A stretch of 50,194 bases of DNA from Candidatus Omnitrophota bacterium (GTDB lineage Bacteria > Ratteibacteria > UBA8468 > MWAK01). The stretch is taken from NCBI GenBank assembly GCA_043797665.1, contig JAZDPL010000046.1, forward strand, positions 1 through 50,194. The letters run 5' to 3'. The notes beneath the pieces are model-generated. The model did not search any database, had not been told where the DNA came from, and was given only the letters and a program-made list of their open reading frames with translations. The position numbers and the translations under genes were made by a program. Shown piece by piece: positions 31,192-41,880 of the stretch. Position 1 is the first letter of the stretch; every line of letters begins with the position of its first letter.

Positions 31192-34100
31192 TTTGGTTCA
31201 AATCGACAAACAAGCATCGTCCAGTATTCAAGTCGGGACACGGTTACCGTAATTTTTCCGTTTTCATGTTGGGTTTCAAGAGATAGGGGGTTATGCTTTC
31301 CGTTAGGGGATATGCACCAAACCCCGGTGAGTTTTTTGCCTTTTTGGTCTTTGATGCTCACTTCGATATTGTTCAGAGGGACAGGGGGGTTCATCTTTTT
31401 CCCCCACGTCAGCGGAACATCAGGCCTATTTATCAAATGGATGTATATGTCCATTCTTCCATCGTTGTACTTGCGGTATGAAACAAGGTCTTTCCACCAA
31501 ACATTTGCCGGGGCTGAGCACATCACCTGTTCCTGGGGCAACCAGCGGATATTCAAGTCAAACAGATATTCGCCATACCGAGCCGCAAACTTGTTGTAAT
31601 TTGCCTCTACCTCATAGATTGGGCTGGCAGAAAGAAGTGTAGTCAAAATCTGCCTCGGCGGGGTGCCGCTGCCCAGGGACAGAAGTACGCCGCTGGCGTA
31701 AGAAGACGAATAGAGGAGGTGCGCATCTACAACGGTATTGTTCAGTCGCCTCGTGTACTGCAATGGCATCAACATTACCGGTACGTTAACATCGTTAGCT
31801 TCCCGGATTAACCGTAAGGCGTGTACCGTATCTTCAATAGTCTGCGGGTAAAGGAACTTCCCGGACAAATCTTTTTCCTGCAAAAGGAGTGGAAATGGAT
31901 GCTGCTCTAAAAAAACAATACCCAATTCCGATAAGGTCTTGCGGTAGACGGCCTTGTTTTTCTGAAAATCTTCAAAATTTATATTTTCATCATGCCAGGG
32001 TGAGACACCATCGGAAGGGGCAAAATTGGCAATCGTAATAAATTTTTGACCAGTTACTTTAAGTATCTCCGCCTTAATCCTGGAGAGCAATCTCGCCCCG
32101 ATTTCATCCGGGAGTAAGGTGTTCAGGGGTTTACCATCTTTGTTATGGCCCCAAGCAGAACACTCCAGCTGCCACGGGAAAGAATCAAAGAAAGAGCCTT
32201 CCCATCCAAACCGCTGCACGGCCTTGGCCCAATCGTCTGCTAAATAATCAGTCATAGCACACATATCTCCGACATCGTACATATGCAGGTCGGGACCAAC
32301 AATAGGCTTACCTTTAGGAAATGAAGCATCCGGGCTCTGATACCAGTGCGGAAGGCAATAAAGATGTTTGGTTGTTTCTGGGTAGGTCAGGGGACCGTAG
32401 ATTATCCAGTCAGGGTGGAGAGTATCAAACTTCAGTTCTGGGCTCAAGGAACCAGGCTCCGTATAACAGAGAATATGGATGCCGTTCTCCTTACCCGCTT
32501 TCGTCCACATTTGAATTGTTCTGGCGCTCTTCAAATTATTTAGTGTACCCGGGTAAAGGAAGTCCCATTCTTCCTTATCAGTATAATGCTGGCTGAAATA
32601 GACATTCTGGGAAAAAAAATGGACAGTGTTGATGTATAACTTCCGCCAGATGGGGATATGAACTCCGGTAATTTCATCTTCTGGAAGGTCCGGAACAAGT
32701 TTCTCAAAGCCAACGTCAGTGTAATGCCTTGATATTTTCGCCCAGTTGTCCGCTACCTCAAAGACGCAGTCAGACCGGAGTATCTCCTGGTTGTTCTCAG
32801 AAATTTTGGCCAGGGCATAGTAACCATATTCTTCCCGAAGGTTTTTAATGGTATATTCCAGAGACCGGGAAGCACCAGATTTCACCTCAGCATTCCATTC
32901 GGTTAATTTTTTTGGTTCCTGAACCCCTCGGCCAAGGTATAGCACAACATTGAAATTTCCATCGCCGGTCCGCTGGTTATCCAGTTTTACAATCAACCGG
33001 GCATTCTCCCCGGGGCGGTACATTATCTTGTCAGAAGCAACTTCAGCGACCAGAATCGAGGGCTGAGGTACTGGGATGGGAGTTACCCCGGCGTTCCAAG
33101 ATAGTTCATCATCCGGAATTGGCCTGGGTTTTTCGTAGAGTTCCCACTCGCAGAGAACCGGTAAGAGAAAACCCTGTACTTGTAATATCTCGAGTTTCAC
33201 GTACCGCCCTTTTCGGGCAGGGAAGGTATCGTGCTTTTTCCCACCTTTGTAATCCCTGACTGAGACCGCATTCTCCCATTTTTCCCCGTCCAGGGAAGTC
33301 TTGATGTTATAGTCCTTCAGACCCCGTTCGGCAAGAACTCCAGATAGAATGTTAGCGTTAAACCAGAATGACTGAGAAAGAGAAACTGGTTCGGGAAAGG
33401 TGACCACCACACTGGTTTTCCTCCGTCCGGAAAGCCAGTAGGTCTCTTGCTTACCGTCAATTATGTTTTCGGGCAAACCGTCTTTGGCTCCCTCTCTGTG
33501 GGGGCCGATGTAACTGTCAGCCTCAACCGTGGTTCCTTCAATCTTCAAACATAAATTGTTCGTGTCCTTCTTTGTGGTTTCCCCCTGGTTTTGGTATTCT
33601 GCCTTTTCTTTCACTGACGGAGCTGTTTCCTGACTACCGGTCACTTCTAACAGGAGATTATCCAGGTAGGTTGCGGAAGTGTTCTTGTTGGAACCATGAA
33701 ATACAAGACGGGTTAACATATCCGGAATTTGTCCTTCATTGGTATATGCAAAGTTTGTATAACTTTTACTTTCTCCATTCAATGTAAGAATGAGGTCCCA
33801 GGAAGGGTTCCCCTCTGTCTTCATTCTCATAACTATTTCCACATGAACCCACTTACCGGCAGGAAGTTCTCCGCAATCCATCCACTTGTTATCACATATC
33901 GTGGTAACTTTGCCATTTTCAATTTTCAAAAAGGGTCCGGTAATGCCTGGATTACCCTTCTGCGGGTCCTTCCGCGGTACCACATTGAGCACTCCTTTTC
34001 CGTCTTCACTTAAAACATCGAAAGAAAGCCTTATTACCCTTCTCATTTCTACAACGATTTCCAGGTCCGGTTCAAAACTCCTTTCTGCATCTATAGCATT

Positions 34101-34334
34101 TTGAAACATAAGACATCTTTTTCCCCATTTGTTTTCCTTCTCAACGACACCGATTTTGGCTCCGCCACTTACCACAGGCGGCCATTTGTCTGGCACCCCC
34201 CCCACAGATACATTCTCGAAAGATTCGTTAAGAATGACCTGCCCGGATGTCTCCTGGGTGTACAGAGAGGTTGTCTGAATCAGCAATAGAGACAAAAGAC
34301 CCGATACCAAAAAAAACTCCTTTTTTAACATCAT
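31188..34334 (-). CDS. large secreted protein with a discoidin/CBM32-like domain and a GH66-like catalytic region
   Basis: signal peptide; NIIDGKQETYW..GRYVKLEI (F5/8 type C); DKIMYRPGE, EVADNWAKISR and the C-terminal IHLIN..SRLEYWTMLV resemble GH66. Confidence 0.6.
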   Translation of the reverse strand: MMLKKEFFLVSGLLSLLLIQTTSLYTQETSGQVILNESFENVSVGGVPDKWPPVVSGGAKIGVVEKENKWGKRCLMFQNAIDAERSFEPDLEIVVEMRRVIRLSFDVLSEDGKGVLNVVPRKDPQKGNPGITGPFLKIENGKVTTICDNKWMDCGELPAGKWVHVEIVMRMKTEGNPSWDLILTLNGESKSYTNFAYTNEGQIPDMLTRLVFHGSNKNTSATYLDNLLLEVTGSQETAPSVKEKAEYQNQGETTKKDTNNLCLKIEGTTVEADSYIGPHREGAKDGLPENIIDGKQETYWLSGRRKTSVVVTFPEPVSLSQSFWFNANILSGVLAERGLKDYNIKTSLDGEKWENAVSVRDYKGGKKHDTFPARKGRYVKLEILQVQGFLLPVLCEWELYEKPRPIPDDELSWNAGVTPIPVPQPSILVAEVASDKIMYRPGENARLIVKLDNQRTGDGNFNVVLYLGRGVQEPKKLTEWNAEVKSGASRSLEYTIKNLREEYGYYALAKISENNQEILRSDCVFEVADNWAKISRHYTDVGFEKLVPDLPEDEITGVHIPIWRKLYINTVHFFSQNVYFSQHYTDKEEWDFLYPGTLNNLKSARTIQMWTKAGKENGIHILCYTEPGSLSPELKFDTLHPDWIIYGPLTYPETTKHLYCLPHWYQSPDASFPKGKPIVGPDLHMYDVGDMCAMTDYLADDWAKAVQRFGWEGSFFDSFPWQLECSAWGHNKDGKPLNTLLPDEIGARLLSRIKAEILKVTGQKFITIANFAPSDGVSPWHDENINFEDFQKNKAVYRKTLSELGIVFLEQHPFPLLLQEKDLSGKFLYPQTIEDTVHALRLIREANDVNVPVMLMPLQYTRRLNNTVVDAHLLYSSSYASGVLLSLGSGTPPRQILTTLLSASPIYEVEANYNKFAARYGEYLFDLNIRWLPQEQVMCSAPANVWWKDLVSYRKYNDGRMDIYIHLINRPDVPLTWGKKMNPPVPLNNIEVSIKDQKGKKLTGVWCISPNGKHNPLSLETQHENGKITVTVSRLEYWTMLVCRFEPK

Positions 34335-34344
34335 GCCCTCCTTT

Positions 34345-35004
34345 TTATTCAACAGGAGAAAAATCCGTACTTTGAATGGTACCCGTTTGTAATGAGCTCA
34401 CATGGTTATCTACGTACAGGACATTTCCGAAGTTGTTATGAGGAAAATTAACATTTGGGGGTTGAAAATCATTCAGCCTTGCTCTCTTCCAATCAGAACT
34501 GAACTGCACTCCCTCAAACACCCAGATAGTTCTTGATGGATTTTTAACCAGGGATAGTTTATTTGCGTAACCTGAGGACACGGTACCTCCACCTCCAATA
34601 AAGGTATTCCAGGTATAGGTATTATTCAGATAACCTGCTGGCAGTGGAGAACCTATGAATTTTCCGAAGGCAGTGGGACAAGTTACTATCTTAGTAGTAA
34701 GGTCAGAGAAATATCTGTTCCAAACCACAGTTTCCCACCAATCGTCCCAAGTTCCGGCATTATTTCCGTTAGGTGGAAACCAATCATCATAATTGTCTAC
34801 ATACATAGACAATGCCAAACCAAACTGTTTTAGATTATTTATACAGGTTACCTGTCTGGCTTTTTCCCTGGCCTGACTTAAAGCCGGCAGTAACATCGCC
34901 GCCAGGAGTGCGATGATGGCGATTACGACCAAAAGTTCTATGAGCGTAAATCCAGCCCTGTGCTTGGAAGACGCCGCCCCGTCATTTTGTAATCTTATCT
35001 TCAC
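34345..35004 (-). CDS. prepilin-type N-terminal cleavage / DUF1559-like protein with an H-X9-DG-type tail
   Basis: [62 protein letters not shown] before GTG at 35004. Confidence 0.9.
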   Translation of the reverse strand: MKIRLQNDGAASSKHRAGFTLIELLVVIAIIALLAAMLLPALSQAREKARQVTCINNLKQFGLALSMYVDNYDDWFPPNGNNAGTWDDWWETVVWNRYFSDLTTKIVTCPTAFGKFIGSPLPAGYLNNTYTWNTFIGGGGTVSSGYANKLSLVKNPSRTIWVFEGVQFSSDWKRARLNDFQPPNVNFPHNNFGNVLYVDNHVSSLQTGTIQSTDFSPVE

Positions 35005-35014
35005 TTTTCCCTCC

Positions 35015-36070
35015 TTATGCGTAATTTTTGGCACTTTTTCTGACCACCAGATCGGGCTTTATTATAATATCCTTCCATGTCTTTTTGGCTTTTTCTTCCA
35101 TCATTTCTATTATAAAATTTACTCCTTTTTCACTAACTTTTTCCAGACAGGTGTCTATAGTAGTTAAAGGCGGTTGGGTTAAAGAAGATTCAGAAATATT
35201 ATCAAAACCCACAATACTTAAATCCTGGGGGACTTTAATATTATGCTTCTGGCAATATTCCAAGATATGGATTGCCCTGTAATCAGTAACAGCAAAGATA
35301 GCCGTGGGAGGAAATGGCAAAGCCAAGAGTTCTTCTAAGGCGTTTTCATCCTCCTTTGGGTCAAGACCACCTGTTTCTTTTATCAGAAGCCAGTCAAATT
35401 TTATCTTTTCTTCTTTTAACGCTTTTAGATACCCTTTGAATCTGGGCAGGAACCACACATTGGTAATGGGTCCATTTATAAAGGCAATCTTCCTATGACC
35501 TAAGGAGGCTAAGTATCTTGTAGCTAAATATGCCCCTCTTCTTAAGTCTATTCTTATAGAGACAACGCCCAATTGTTTTGAAGGAAAGTGAAGAAGAATA
35601 AAAGGTAAATCTCTTTTTCTGAGAAACTCAACTGTTTTCTTTCCCGCTTTACTGAGTAGTAAAAACCCAATCTTATCAGGAAGATCCAAACCCTGCAAGA
35701 ATTTTTCAGAAATCGTAGCAAAATCAATTTTTAATTTATTTGTATAGAGATTCAGTGCGTTATTAATTCTCATTTCCGCCGGTCGCTCCAAAATTTCTCT
35801 TGGTAGTCCATCTTCAGGAAGAAGCAATTTTAGGCATAGTGGGTCTCTGACATTTTTTACAATTGTCCCTTTTCTTCGCACTCTTTCAATATATCCTTCG
35901 TTTTCCAGTTCTACGAAGACTCTTCTGGCTGTTATTTTACTTACGTGGTACTTTGTGCAGACTTCATCTAAGGTGTAAAAACGTTTTCCAAAACGAAAGT
36001 CCTTAGTCTGAAAAGATAAATCCTCATAAATTTTTTTCCAAATTATCTCCCTTTTTATCCTTTTCAGCAT
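35015..36070 (-). CDS. GntR-HTH / LacI-type sugar-binding transcriptional regulator (AraR-like architecture)
   Basis: [21 protein letters not shown] w[37 protein letters not shown]. Confidence 0.88.
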   Translation of the reverse strand: MLKRIKREIIWKKIYEDLSFQTKDFRFGKRFYTLDEVCTKYHVSKITARRVFVELENEGYIERVRRKGTIVKNVRDPLCLKLLLPEDGLPREILERPAEMRINNALNLYTNKLKIDFATISEKFLQGLDLPDKIGFLLLSKAGKKTVEFLRKRDLPFILLHFPSKQLGVVSIRIDLRRGAYLATRYLASLGHRKIAFINGPITNVWFLPRFKGYLKALKEEKIKFDWLLIKETGGLDPKEDENALEELLALPFPPTAIFAVTDYRAIHILEYCQKHNIKVPQDLSIVGFDNISESSLTQPPLTTIDTCLEKVSEKGVNFIIEMMEEKAKKTWKDIIIKPDLVVRKSAKNYA

Positions 36071-36105
36071 AGGGGTTTTATTGGAAAAATTGTCTCATGA
36101 TATAT

Positions 36106-36133
36106 ATTATACACAAATTGCCAATTTTGTCAA
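36106..36133 (-). promoter_or_regulatory. sigma70-type promoter for the regulator-led operon
   Basis: TTGACA-16 bp-TATAAT; spacer is an imperfect palindrome (ACAAATTG-C-CAATTTTGT), a possible operator. Confidence 0.65.
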
Positions 36134-36366
36134 TTAATCCATTATTTTAACAATAGGGTATTACCTTATTTAAAAGAAAGAAACTAGGGGAATCTAAGAT
36201 TCTTAAGTGTCATTCTGAATCCTTCGCTTCGCTCGAGGACAGGTTCAACACGGCTGCCCCTGCGGGACACTTGTGCAAACAAACCACCAAAATCTTACCA
36301 CCCTGCTGGAATCCGGTCAAGGGATTCTGGGAGAAACTAATTGCGACTGGATGGTGGAGTAAGGTG

Positions 36367-39129
36367 TTAGACTAACAAAGGTTGCAAATACTGGCCGGTG
36401 TAGGATTTGGAATTCCGGGCGACCTCTTCCGGCGTGCCGGCAGCCACTACGTAACCACCTTTGTCCCCGCCCTCCGGACCCAGGTCAATAATGTAATCTG
36501 CGGTTTTGATGACATCCAGGTTGTGCTCAATGACTACGACCGTACTTCCCTTGTCAACCAGTTTGTTCAAAAGGTTGAGCAGTTTCTGGATATCCGCAAA
36601 GTGCAGGCCGGTCGTCGGTTCGTCTAAAAGGTACAAGGTCCGTTCGCTTCCTTTCCGGGCTAATTCCGTAGATAGTTTTACCCGCTGTGCCTCTCCGCCG
36701 GAAAGGGTGGTGGCGGGCTGGCCTAATTCCAAATAACCCAGACCGACTTCGTTCAGGATGTTTACTTTGGCGCTGATGCCGGGGATGTTTTTGAAGAACT
36801 CCACCGCTTCCTGAATCTGCATCTTCAGAACGTCCGCAATACTCTTGCCTTTATATAATATCTCCAGGGTCTCCCGGTTGTAACGGGTGCCGCGGCAAGA
36901 CTCGCAGGGAACGAAGATATCCGTCAAAAAGTGCATTTCAATCTTGGTTATTCCGTCTCCCTCACAGGCTTCGCAGCGGCCGCCCCGGACGTTAAAACTG
37001 AATCTGCCCGGAGTGTAGCCACGCAGACGTGATTCCGGGAGCCGGGTGAAAAGGTCCCGGATGTAGGTAAAGAGGTTGGTATAGGTGGCCGGGTTACTGC
37101 GCGGGGTCCGGCCAATCGGAGACTGATCAACTTCAATTACCTTGTCAATCAGATTATAGTTGACTATCTCCTTATGTTTTCCGGGTCTTTCCCTGCTTCC
37201 GTAAAGAAGCCGGCGCAGACCTTTGTGTAAAATTTCATCCACTAAGGTACTCTTACCGGAACCGGAAACACCGGTAATACAAACAAAAACGCCCAAGGGG
37301 ATTTTTACGTTGATTGCCTTGAGATTAAATTCTGCCGCTCCTTTGACCTCAAGATACTTTTCCCGGGTAAACGGTCGCCGTTTTTTGGGGACCGGAATCT
37401 TCAGTTCGCCTTTAAGATATTTACCGGTAAGGGAATCCGGGGTGGACAGAATCGCGGAAAGCGGACCTGCTGCCACCACTTTTCCACCGTGAATTCCCGC
37501 GCCGGGTCCCAAATCAACCACGTATTCCGCGCTCCGAATCGTGGTCTCGTCATGCTCAATCACCACAACCGTGTTGCCTAAATCACGGAGTTCTTTTAAG
37601 GTGGCTAACAACTTTCGGTTGTCCCTCTGATGAAGTCCGATGCTGGGTTCGTCCAGAATGTAGAGAACTCCGACCAGTCCGCTGCCCACCTGGGTTGCCA
37701 GACGAATCCGCTCGCCCTCCCCTCCGGAAAGGGTATGGCCGATCCGATCTAAGGTCAGGTAGTCTAAACCCACGGAAACCAAGAACTGGAGCCGGTTTCT
37801 TATCTCTTTGATAATCTGGTTACTGATTAATTTTCGTCGTGCGTCTAATTTCAGATTGGAAAAGAAATCCTGTGCGGATTCTATTGACAGGCGGCAGACC
37901 TCCCAGATATTTTTATTGCCGACCGATACCGCCAGGGATTCGGGTTTCAGACGTGCTCCATTACATTCCGGGCAGGAAACCTCCTGCATATAACGGGCTA
38001 AGTCCTCTCTCCGGTATTCGCTTTCCGTCTCCAGGTAACGTCTTTTCAGATTATGGATAACGCCTTCAAAGTCATATTCTTCGCTTCCGTAAAACAATAC
38101 TCGTTTCTGGTTTTCGGTCAGGTCACAAAAACGGTCATCGGCAGAAAAACCCATCTTATTAGCCAGTCTGCGCAAAAGCCGCCGGTAGTAGAAGAACAAC
38201 CCCTTGCCACCCGGTTCCTGCCAGGGTTTAATCGCGCCTTCCCGGAAAGTCTTGCGCTTATCCGGAATCACCAGGTCCGGGTCAAAGACAATCTGAGTGC
38301 CTAATCCCTTACAGGTAGAACAGGCGCCGTAGGGACTATTGAAGGAAAACATCCGGGGGGTGAATTCTTCAAAACTGGCTCCGCACCTGGCACAGGCGTA
38401 CCGCTCGGAAAAGAGAACGTCCCCTAGTTTCATTAAACCTTTACCCAATTTTACCGCGGTCTCCACCGATTCGGTAATCCTCTGTTTTTCCGAAGGAGAA
38501 ACGACTAAATCGTCAACCAGAACATCAATACGGTGAATCTTATACCGACCCAGTTTTATCTCCTGGTTAACCTCGTAAAATTTGCCGTCCACCCGGACCC
38601 GCAAAAAACCCGCCTTGGCAATCTGGGAGAAAACTTCCTGATATTCCCCCTTGCGGCCGCGGACTAAAGGTGCCAGAATTTGAACCGGAGTTCCTTTGGG
38701 CAAGCCTAAAATCCTATCGGTAATCTCCTGGACGGTCTGACGGCTGATTTCCTTCCCGCACTTCGGACAATGGGGAACCCCCACCCGGCTGAAGAGTAAT
38801 CTCAGATAGTCGTAAATCTCGGTAATCGTCGCGACCGTAGACCGGGGGTTGGCACTCGCCCGCCTCTGCTCAATGGCAATGGCCGGCGGTAATCCCCAGA
38901 TATGGTCCACGTCGGGTTTCTGGAGTTGCTCCAAAAACTGCCGGGCATAAGCGGAAAGGCTTTCAATGTACCGGCGTTGACCTTCCGCATACAGGGTATC
39001 AAAAGCTAACGAGGACTTGCCGCTTCCGGATATCCCGGTGATTACAATCAATTTGTTGCGGGGCAGGTCCAGATTAATGTTCTTCAGGTTGTGTTCCTTC
39101 GCCCCCCGAATGACAATCTTCTCTTCCAT
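36367..39129 (-). CDS. uvrA: excinuclease ABC subunit A
   Basis: GAKEHNLKNI, GSGKSSLAFDT, two ABC cassettes, zinc fingers, LSGGEAQRVKL. Confidence 0.97.
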   Translation of the reverse strand: MEEKIVIRGAKEHNLKNINLDLPRNKLIVITGISGSGKSSLAFDTLYAEGQRRYIESLSAYARQFLEQLQKPDVDHIWGLPPAIAIEQRRASANPRSTVATITEIYDYLRLLFSRVGVPHCPKCGKEISRQTVQEITDRILGLPKGTPVQILAPLVRGRKGEYQEVFSQIAKAGFLRVRVDGKFYEVNQEIKLGRYKIHRIDVLVDDLVVSPSEKQRITESVETAVKLGKGLMKLGDVLFSERYACARCGASFEEFTPRMFSFNSPYGACSTCKGLGTQIVFDPDLVIPDKRKTFREGAIKPWQEPGGKGLFFYYRRLLRRLANKMGFSADDRFCDLTENQKRVLFYGSEEYDFEGVIHNLKRRYLETESEYRREDLARYMQEVSCPECNGARLKPESLAVSVGNKNIWEVCRLSIESAQDFFSNLKLDARRKLISNQIIKEIRNRLQFLVSVGLDYLTLDRIGHTLSGGEGERIRLATQVGSGLVGVLYILDEPSIGLHQRDNRKLLATLKELRDLGNTVVVIEHDETTIRSAEYVVDLGPGAGIHGGKVVAAGPLSAILSTPDSLTGKYLKGELKIPVPKKRRPFTREKYLEVKGAAEFNLKAINVKIPLGVFVCITGVSGSGKSTLVDEILHKGLRRLLYGSRERPGKHKEIVNYNLIDKVIEVDQSPIGRTPRSNPATYTNLFTYIRDLFTRLPESRLRGYTPGRFSFNVRGGRCEACEGDGITKIEMHFLTDIFVPCESCRGTRYNRETLEILYKGKSIADVLKMQIQEAVEFFKNIPGISAKVNILNEVGLGYLELGQPATTLSGGEAQRVKLSTELARKGSERTLYLLDEPTTGLHFADIQKLLNLLNKLVDKGSTVVVIEHNLDVIKTADYIIDLGPEGGDKGGYVVAAGTPEEVARNSKSYTGQYLQPLLV

Positions 39130-39166
39130 CTAAGGTGGGATTTCACCGTTATATTAGGCAAAAAAT

Positions 39167-39222
39167 GTAGGGGTCGGATTCATCCGACCCGAATACGCGG
39201 GCTTGATGAATCAAGCCCCTAC
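39167..39222. repeat. GTAG-type REP doublet (56 bp)
   Basis: gtaggggtcggattcatccgacccgaatacgcgggcttgatgaatcaagcccctac. Confidence 0.9.
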
Positions 39223-39265
39223 CTTGCTAACGGCGTTCACTGATGATTTACTGCAAAAGGAAAGG

Positions 39266-39511
39266 TTACGATTCTTCGTCGCTGGTACCGAAAGGTTGGC
39301 TGCCGGTAATGTTGCCTTCCTGGTCTTTAAGGAGCAAGGCTACTTTTTGCTGGGCTTCGGTCAGTTTTTCGTTACTGAACCGGACCAGGGTTACGCCTTC
39401 TTCAAATAGTTTCAGGGATTCGTCCAGAGGGAGGTTGCCCGTTTCCAGTTTGGCGACAATCTCTTCTAACCGTTTCAGCGCGTCTTCAAACTTCAGGCTC
39501 TTCTTTTCCAC
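39266..39511 (-). CDS. xseB: exodeoxyribonuclease VII small subunit
   Basis: FEDALKRLEEIV..LE.G.LPLDESLKLFEEG..L..AQQKV. Confidence 0.93.
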   Translation of the reverse strand: MEKKSLKFEDALKRLEEIVAKLETGNLPLDESLKLFEEGVTLVRFSNEKLTEAQQKVALLLKDQEGNITGSQPFGTSDEES

Positions 39512-39517
39512 ATCTAT

Positions 39518-39546
39518 ATTCTAATTCAGATATTGTTTTTAGTCAA
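39518..39546 (-). promoter_or_regulatory. sigma70-type promoter for xseB(-uvrA), probably leaderless
   Basis: TTGACT-17 bp-TAGAAT ending 6 bp before the GTG start. Confidence 0.6.
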
Positions 39547-39553
39547 TGCTACC

Positions 39554-40591
39554 TTATTCTAAATCGTAGGCGCTGTCGTCTGAAGAGAGATAACCCAGTT
39601 CCGGGGTAGAATTAGGATTGATGTTATACCCCTTGATTACAATGGCTGCATGTCCATCACAGTAAGCAACATTTGCGGTTAAGTTATGCCTGAAATGAAT
39701 ACCACCTTCACCAAAAGAGTGGATTTTTGGGTCACTCGGTGCCCGCAGATAGGAGGCAGGATAAATCCCCTGTTTACTGTTACTCCAATAGGCATAATCT
39801 GTCACAAGGGCTGTTTCGGCAGGATTCCTTATCTTGACAATTTTAGCACAATTTCTATTGAGAGATGCCTCTTCAGCAGGAGACACTCCGATATAGGAAG
39901 TGTTATAAGCATATCCGGTATAAGATGCGCCGGCCATAGATTCCACACCATTAAAAGTAGGGCATTTATAAACTTCACCCCGGGGGCAATAGGGAGATAT
40001 AATGCCGGGACCGGTTATAATCTGGGTTGTTTGATTGTAAGCCACATCCCATCTAATGGCATTCCCCGAAGCATCCGCTTTGTAGTATGCAGGCGGAAAA
40101 TAGTCGTCGTGGTCCGCAGCATACATAAAGAATGCCATGCCTAATTGTCTTAAGTTTGAAAGACACCTTGCCCCTCTGGCTTTTTCCCTGGCTTTAGACA
40201 GTGCCGGCATCAACAACGAGGCTAAAATAGTAATAATGCCTATCACCACCAATAATTCCAGCAGGGTAAATCCTTTAGGGGTTGTCACAGGATAAAGTTG
40301 ACTATTTGGAGTCCCAGATTTGAGGTCAGTGCAAGGCGCGACAAAGGTTCTGTGCCCACTGTGGCACATAGCCGAGGAGCAACGCCGCAATGACCCAAAA
40401 ATGGGACACCCCGAAGGGCCAGGTCGCTTTTGGGCTACGACTGCGTCGCTCATTGCTTCCGTACCACAGAGGGTACGCCATCTTCTTCGCTCCTTGTCTC
40501 GCTCCAAAATCTCCTCTGGCAAATAGTCAACTTTATTCCGCGACAGCCCCTTAATATTCGATCCCTTTTCTTCCCTTGATTCCTGAATCAT
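39554..40591 (-). CDS. prepilin-type / H-X9-DG protein with an in-frame 92-codon insertion in its leader peptide
   Basis: [54 protein letters not shown]; removing the element restores [20 protein letters not shown]. Confidence 0.88.
   Translation of the reverse strand: MIQESREEKGSNIKGLSRNKVDYLPEEILERDKERRRWRTLCGTEAMSDAVVAQKRPGPSGCPIFGSLRRCSSAMCHSGHRTFVAPCTDLKSGTPNSQLYPVTTPKGFTLLELLVVIGIITILASLLMPALSKAREKARGARCLSNLRQLGMAFFMYAADHDDYFPPAYYKADASGNAIRWDVAYNQTTQIITGPGIISPYCPRGEVYKCPTFNGVESMAGASYTGYAYNTSYIGVSPAEEASLNRNCAKIVKIRNPAETALVTDYAYWSNSKQGIYPASYLRAPSDPKIHSFGEGGIHFRHNLTANVAYCDGHAAIVIKGYNINPNSTPELGYLSSDDSAYDLE
40278..40550. mobile_element. 273-bp MITE-like element, copy 1
   Basis: ~31-bp imperfect TIRs GGGGYTGTC..ATAAAGTTGACTATTTG; TTA duplicated at 40275-40277 and 40551-40553; homologous to 48398-48669. 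Confidence 0.88.
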
Positions 40592-41084
40592 ACGGATGTT
40601 TTACCTTTTTTATTTCACTCACTAAATCCGCCTTTTTAACTATCTTTTTTGTGGCGCCTCTGCCGGTTAAGACCAATTCCAGGTCCTTCGGTTTGAGGTC
40701 CAGGATATCCAGAACCTCTTTCTCCTCCAGAAATCCGTCGCGTAAAGATACCAGCACTTCATCCAGGATAAGGATGTCGTATTTCTTCTCCCGGTAAATC
40801 TTCCGGATGAATTCCATCGCTTTCATGCATTCCCGGCGAACCTCCTCTTTACTTACCTTTCTGTAAAAATGCGGGTGTTTATCGGCAAAACCGAAAGTGG
40901 CTACTCCTAATTTCTTCAAAACCCGGTGTTCTCCATATCCCCATTTAGCAGGCTCTTTAAAAAAAGAAAGATAACAAACCTTAAGACCCTGTCCGACCGC
41001 CCTCACCGCAAGCCCCACCGCTGCGGTCGTCTTACCCTTACCATCACCGGTATAAACCTGAATCAGACCTTCCGGTTCCTTCAT
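40551..41084 (-). CDS. cobO: cob(I)yrinic acid a,c-diamide adenosyltransferase
   Basis: [42 protein letters not shown]. Confidence 0.93.
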   Translation of the reverse strand: MKEPEGLIQVYTGDGKGKTTAAVGLAVRAVGQGLKVCYLSFFKEPAKWGYGEHRVLKKLGVATFGFADKHPHFYRKVSKEEVRRECMKAMEFIRKIYREKKYDILILDEVLVSLRDGFLEEKEVLDILDLKPKDLELVLTGRGATKKIVKKADLVSEIKKVKHPYDSGIKGRKGIEY

Positions 41085-41880
41085 CGTTCACCCCTTTTTT
41101 TCTTACTTCCTCCGAAACTATTAATATATAAGGCTTGGAAGAAAGAGGGTTTTTCTCCACAATCACCACTGTTTTATAAACTTCTTCAATAATCCTATAA
41201 TCCAACACTTCTTCGGGTTGTCCAATCCGGTGTATCCGTCCCTCATTAATAAGAATCAGTCTACGACAATATTCACTGGCTAAATTGAGGTCATGCAAAA
41301 CCATAATTACGGTTAGTCCAAATTCTCTGTTTAATCTTTTTATCAGGTCCAGGATTCCTACCTGATGAGTTATATCCAGATGGGCGGTAGGTTCATCCAA
41401 TAAAATCAATTTGGGTTCCTGGGCTAAAACACGGCTGATTAAAGCTAACTGCCTTTCTCCTCCGCTTATTTCTCCCATAAATTGGTCTTTAAGTTTAAAG
41501 GTATCCGTTAAGGTCATACACTTTTCAGCAATTTCTATATCCTTCTTTGTCTCCAGAAATTGGAATTTCTCATAATGGGGAATCCTCCCCAAAAGGACAA
41601 ATTCTTCTACGGTCATAAGACCGGTTTCAAAACCTTGAGAAACTACCGCTATCTTCCTTGCCAATTCCTGGAATCCCATCTGCCATATATTTTTCCCTTC
41701 CAGGATAATAGACCCTTTCCTGGGTTTAAGGATTCGGGTTATTGCCCGAAGAAGCGTGGTCTTTCCTGAGCCGTTGGGTCCGATGATTCCTACCAGCTCT
41801 CCGGGAGCTATCCGGAAATTAATATCCTTCAGGAAAAACTTTACATCGTATCCGCAGGTCAGGTCTTTTACTGCAAGCAT
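41044..41880 (-). CDS. btuD: ABC transporter ATP-binding protein (cobalamin/Fe-siderophore type)
   Basis: GPNGSGKTT, ISGGERQ, LLDEPTAHLD, VLHDLNLA; within the cobalamin operon. Confidence 0.8.
   Translation of the reverse strand: MLAVKDLTCGYDVKFFLKDINFRIAPGELVGIIGPNGSGKTTLLRAITRILKPRKGSIILEGKNIWQMGFQELARKIAVVSQGFETGLMTVEEFVLLGRIPHYEKFQFLETKKDIEIAEKCMTLTDTFKLKDQFMGEISGGERQLALISRVLAQEPKLILLDEPTAHLDITHQVGILDLIKRLNREFGLTVIMVLHDLNLASEYCRRLILINEGRIHRIGQPEEVLDYRIIEEVYKTVVIVEKNPLSSKPYILIVSEEVRKKGVNDEGTGRSDSGLYR

Noticed and set aside
36200..36360. Right att site or integrase remnant for the carbohydrate locus
   Set aside because: Only a partial GTC-type REP (gtcattctgaatccttcgcttcgctc) is visible; no match to the tRNA-Thr fragment and no recombinase ORF.
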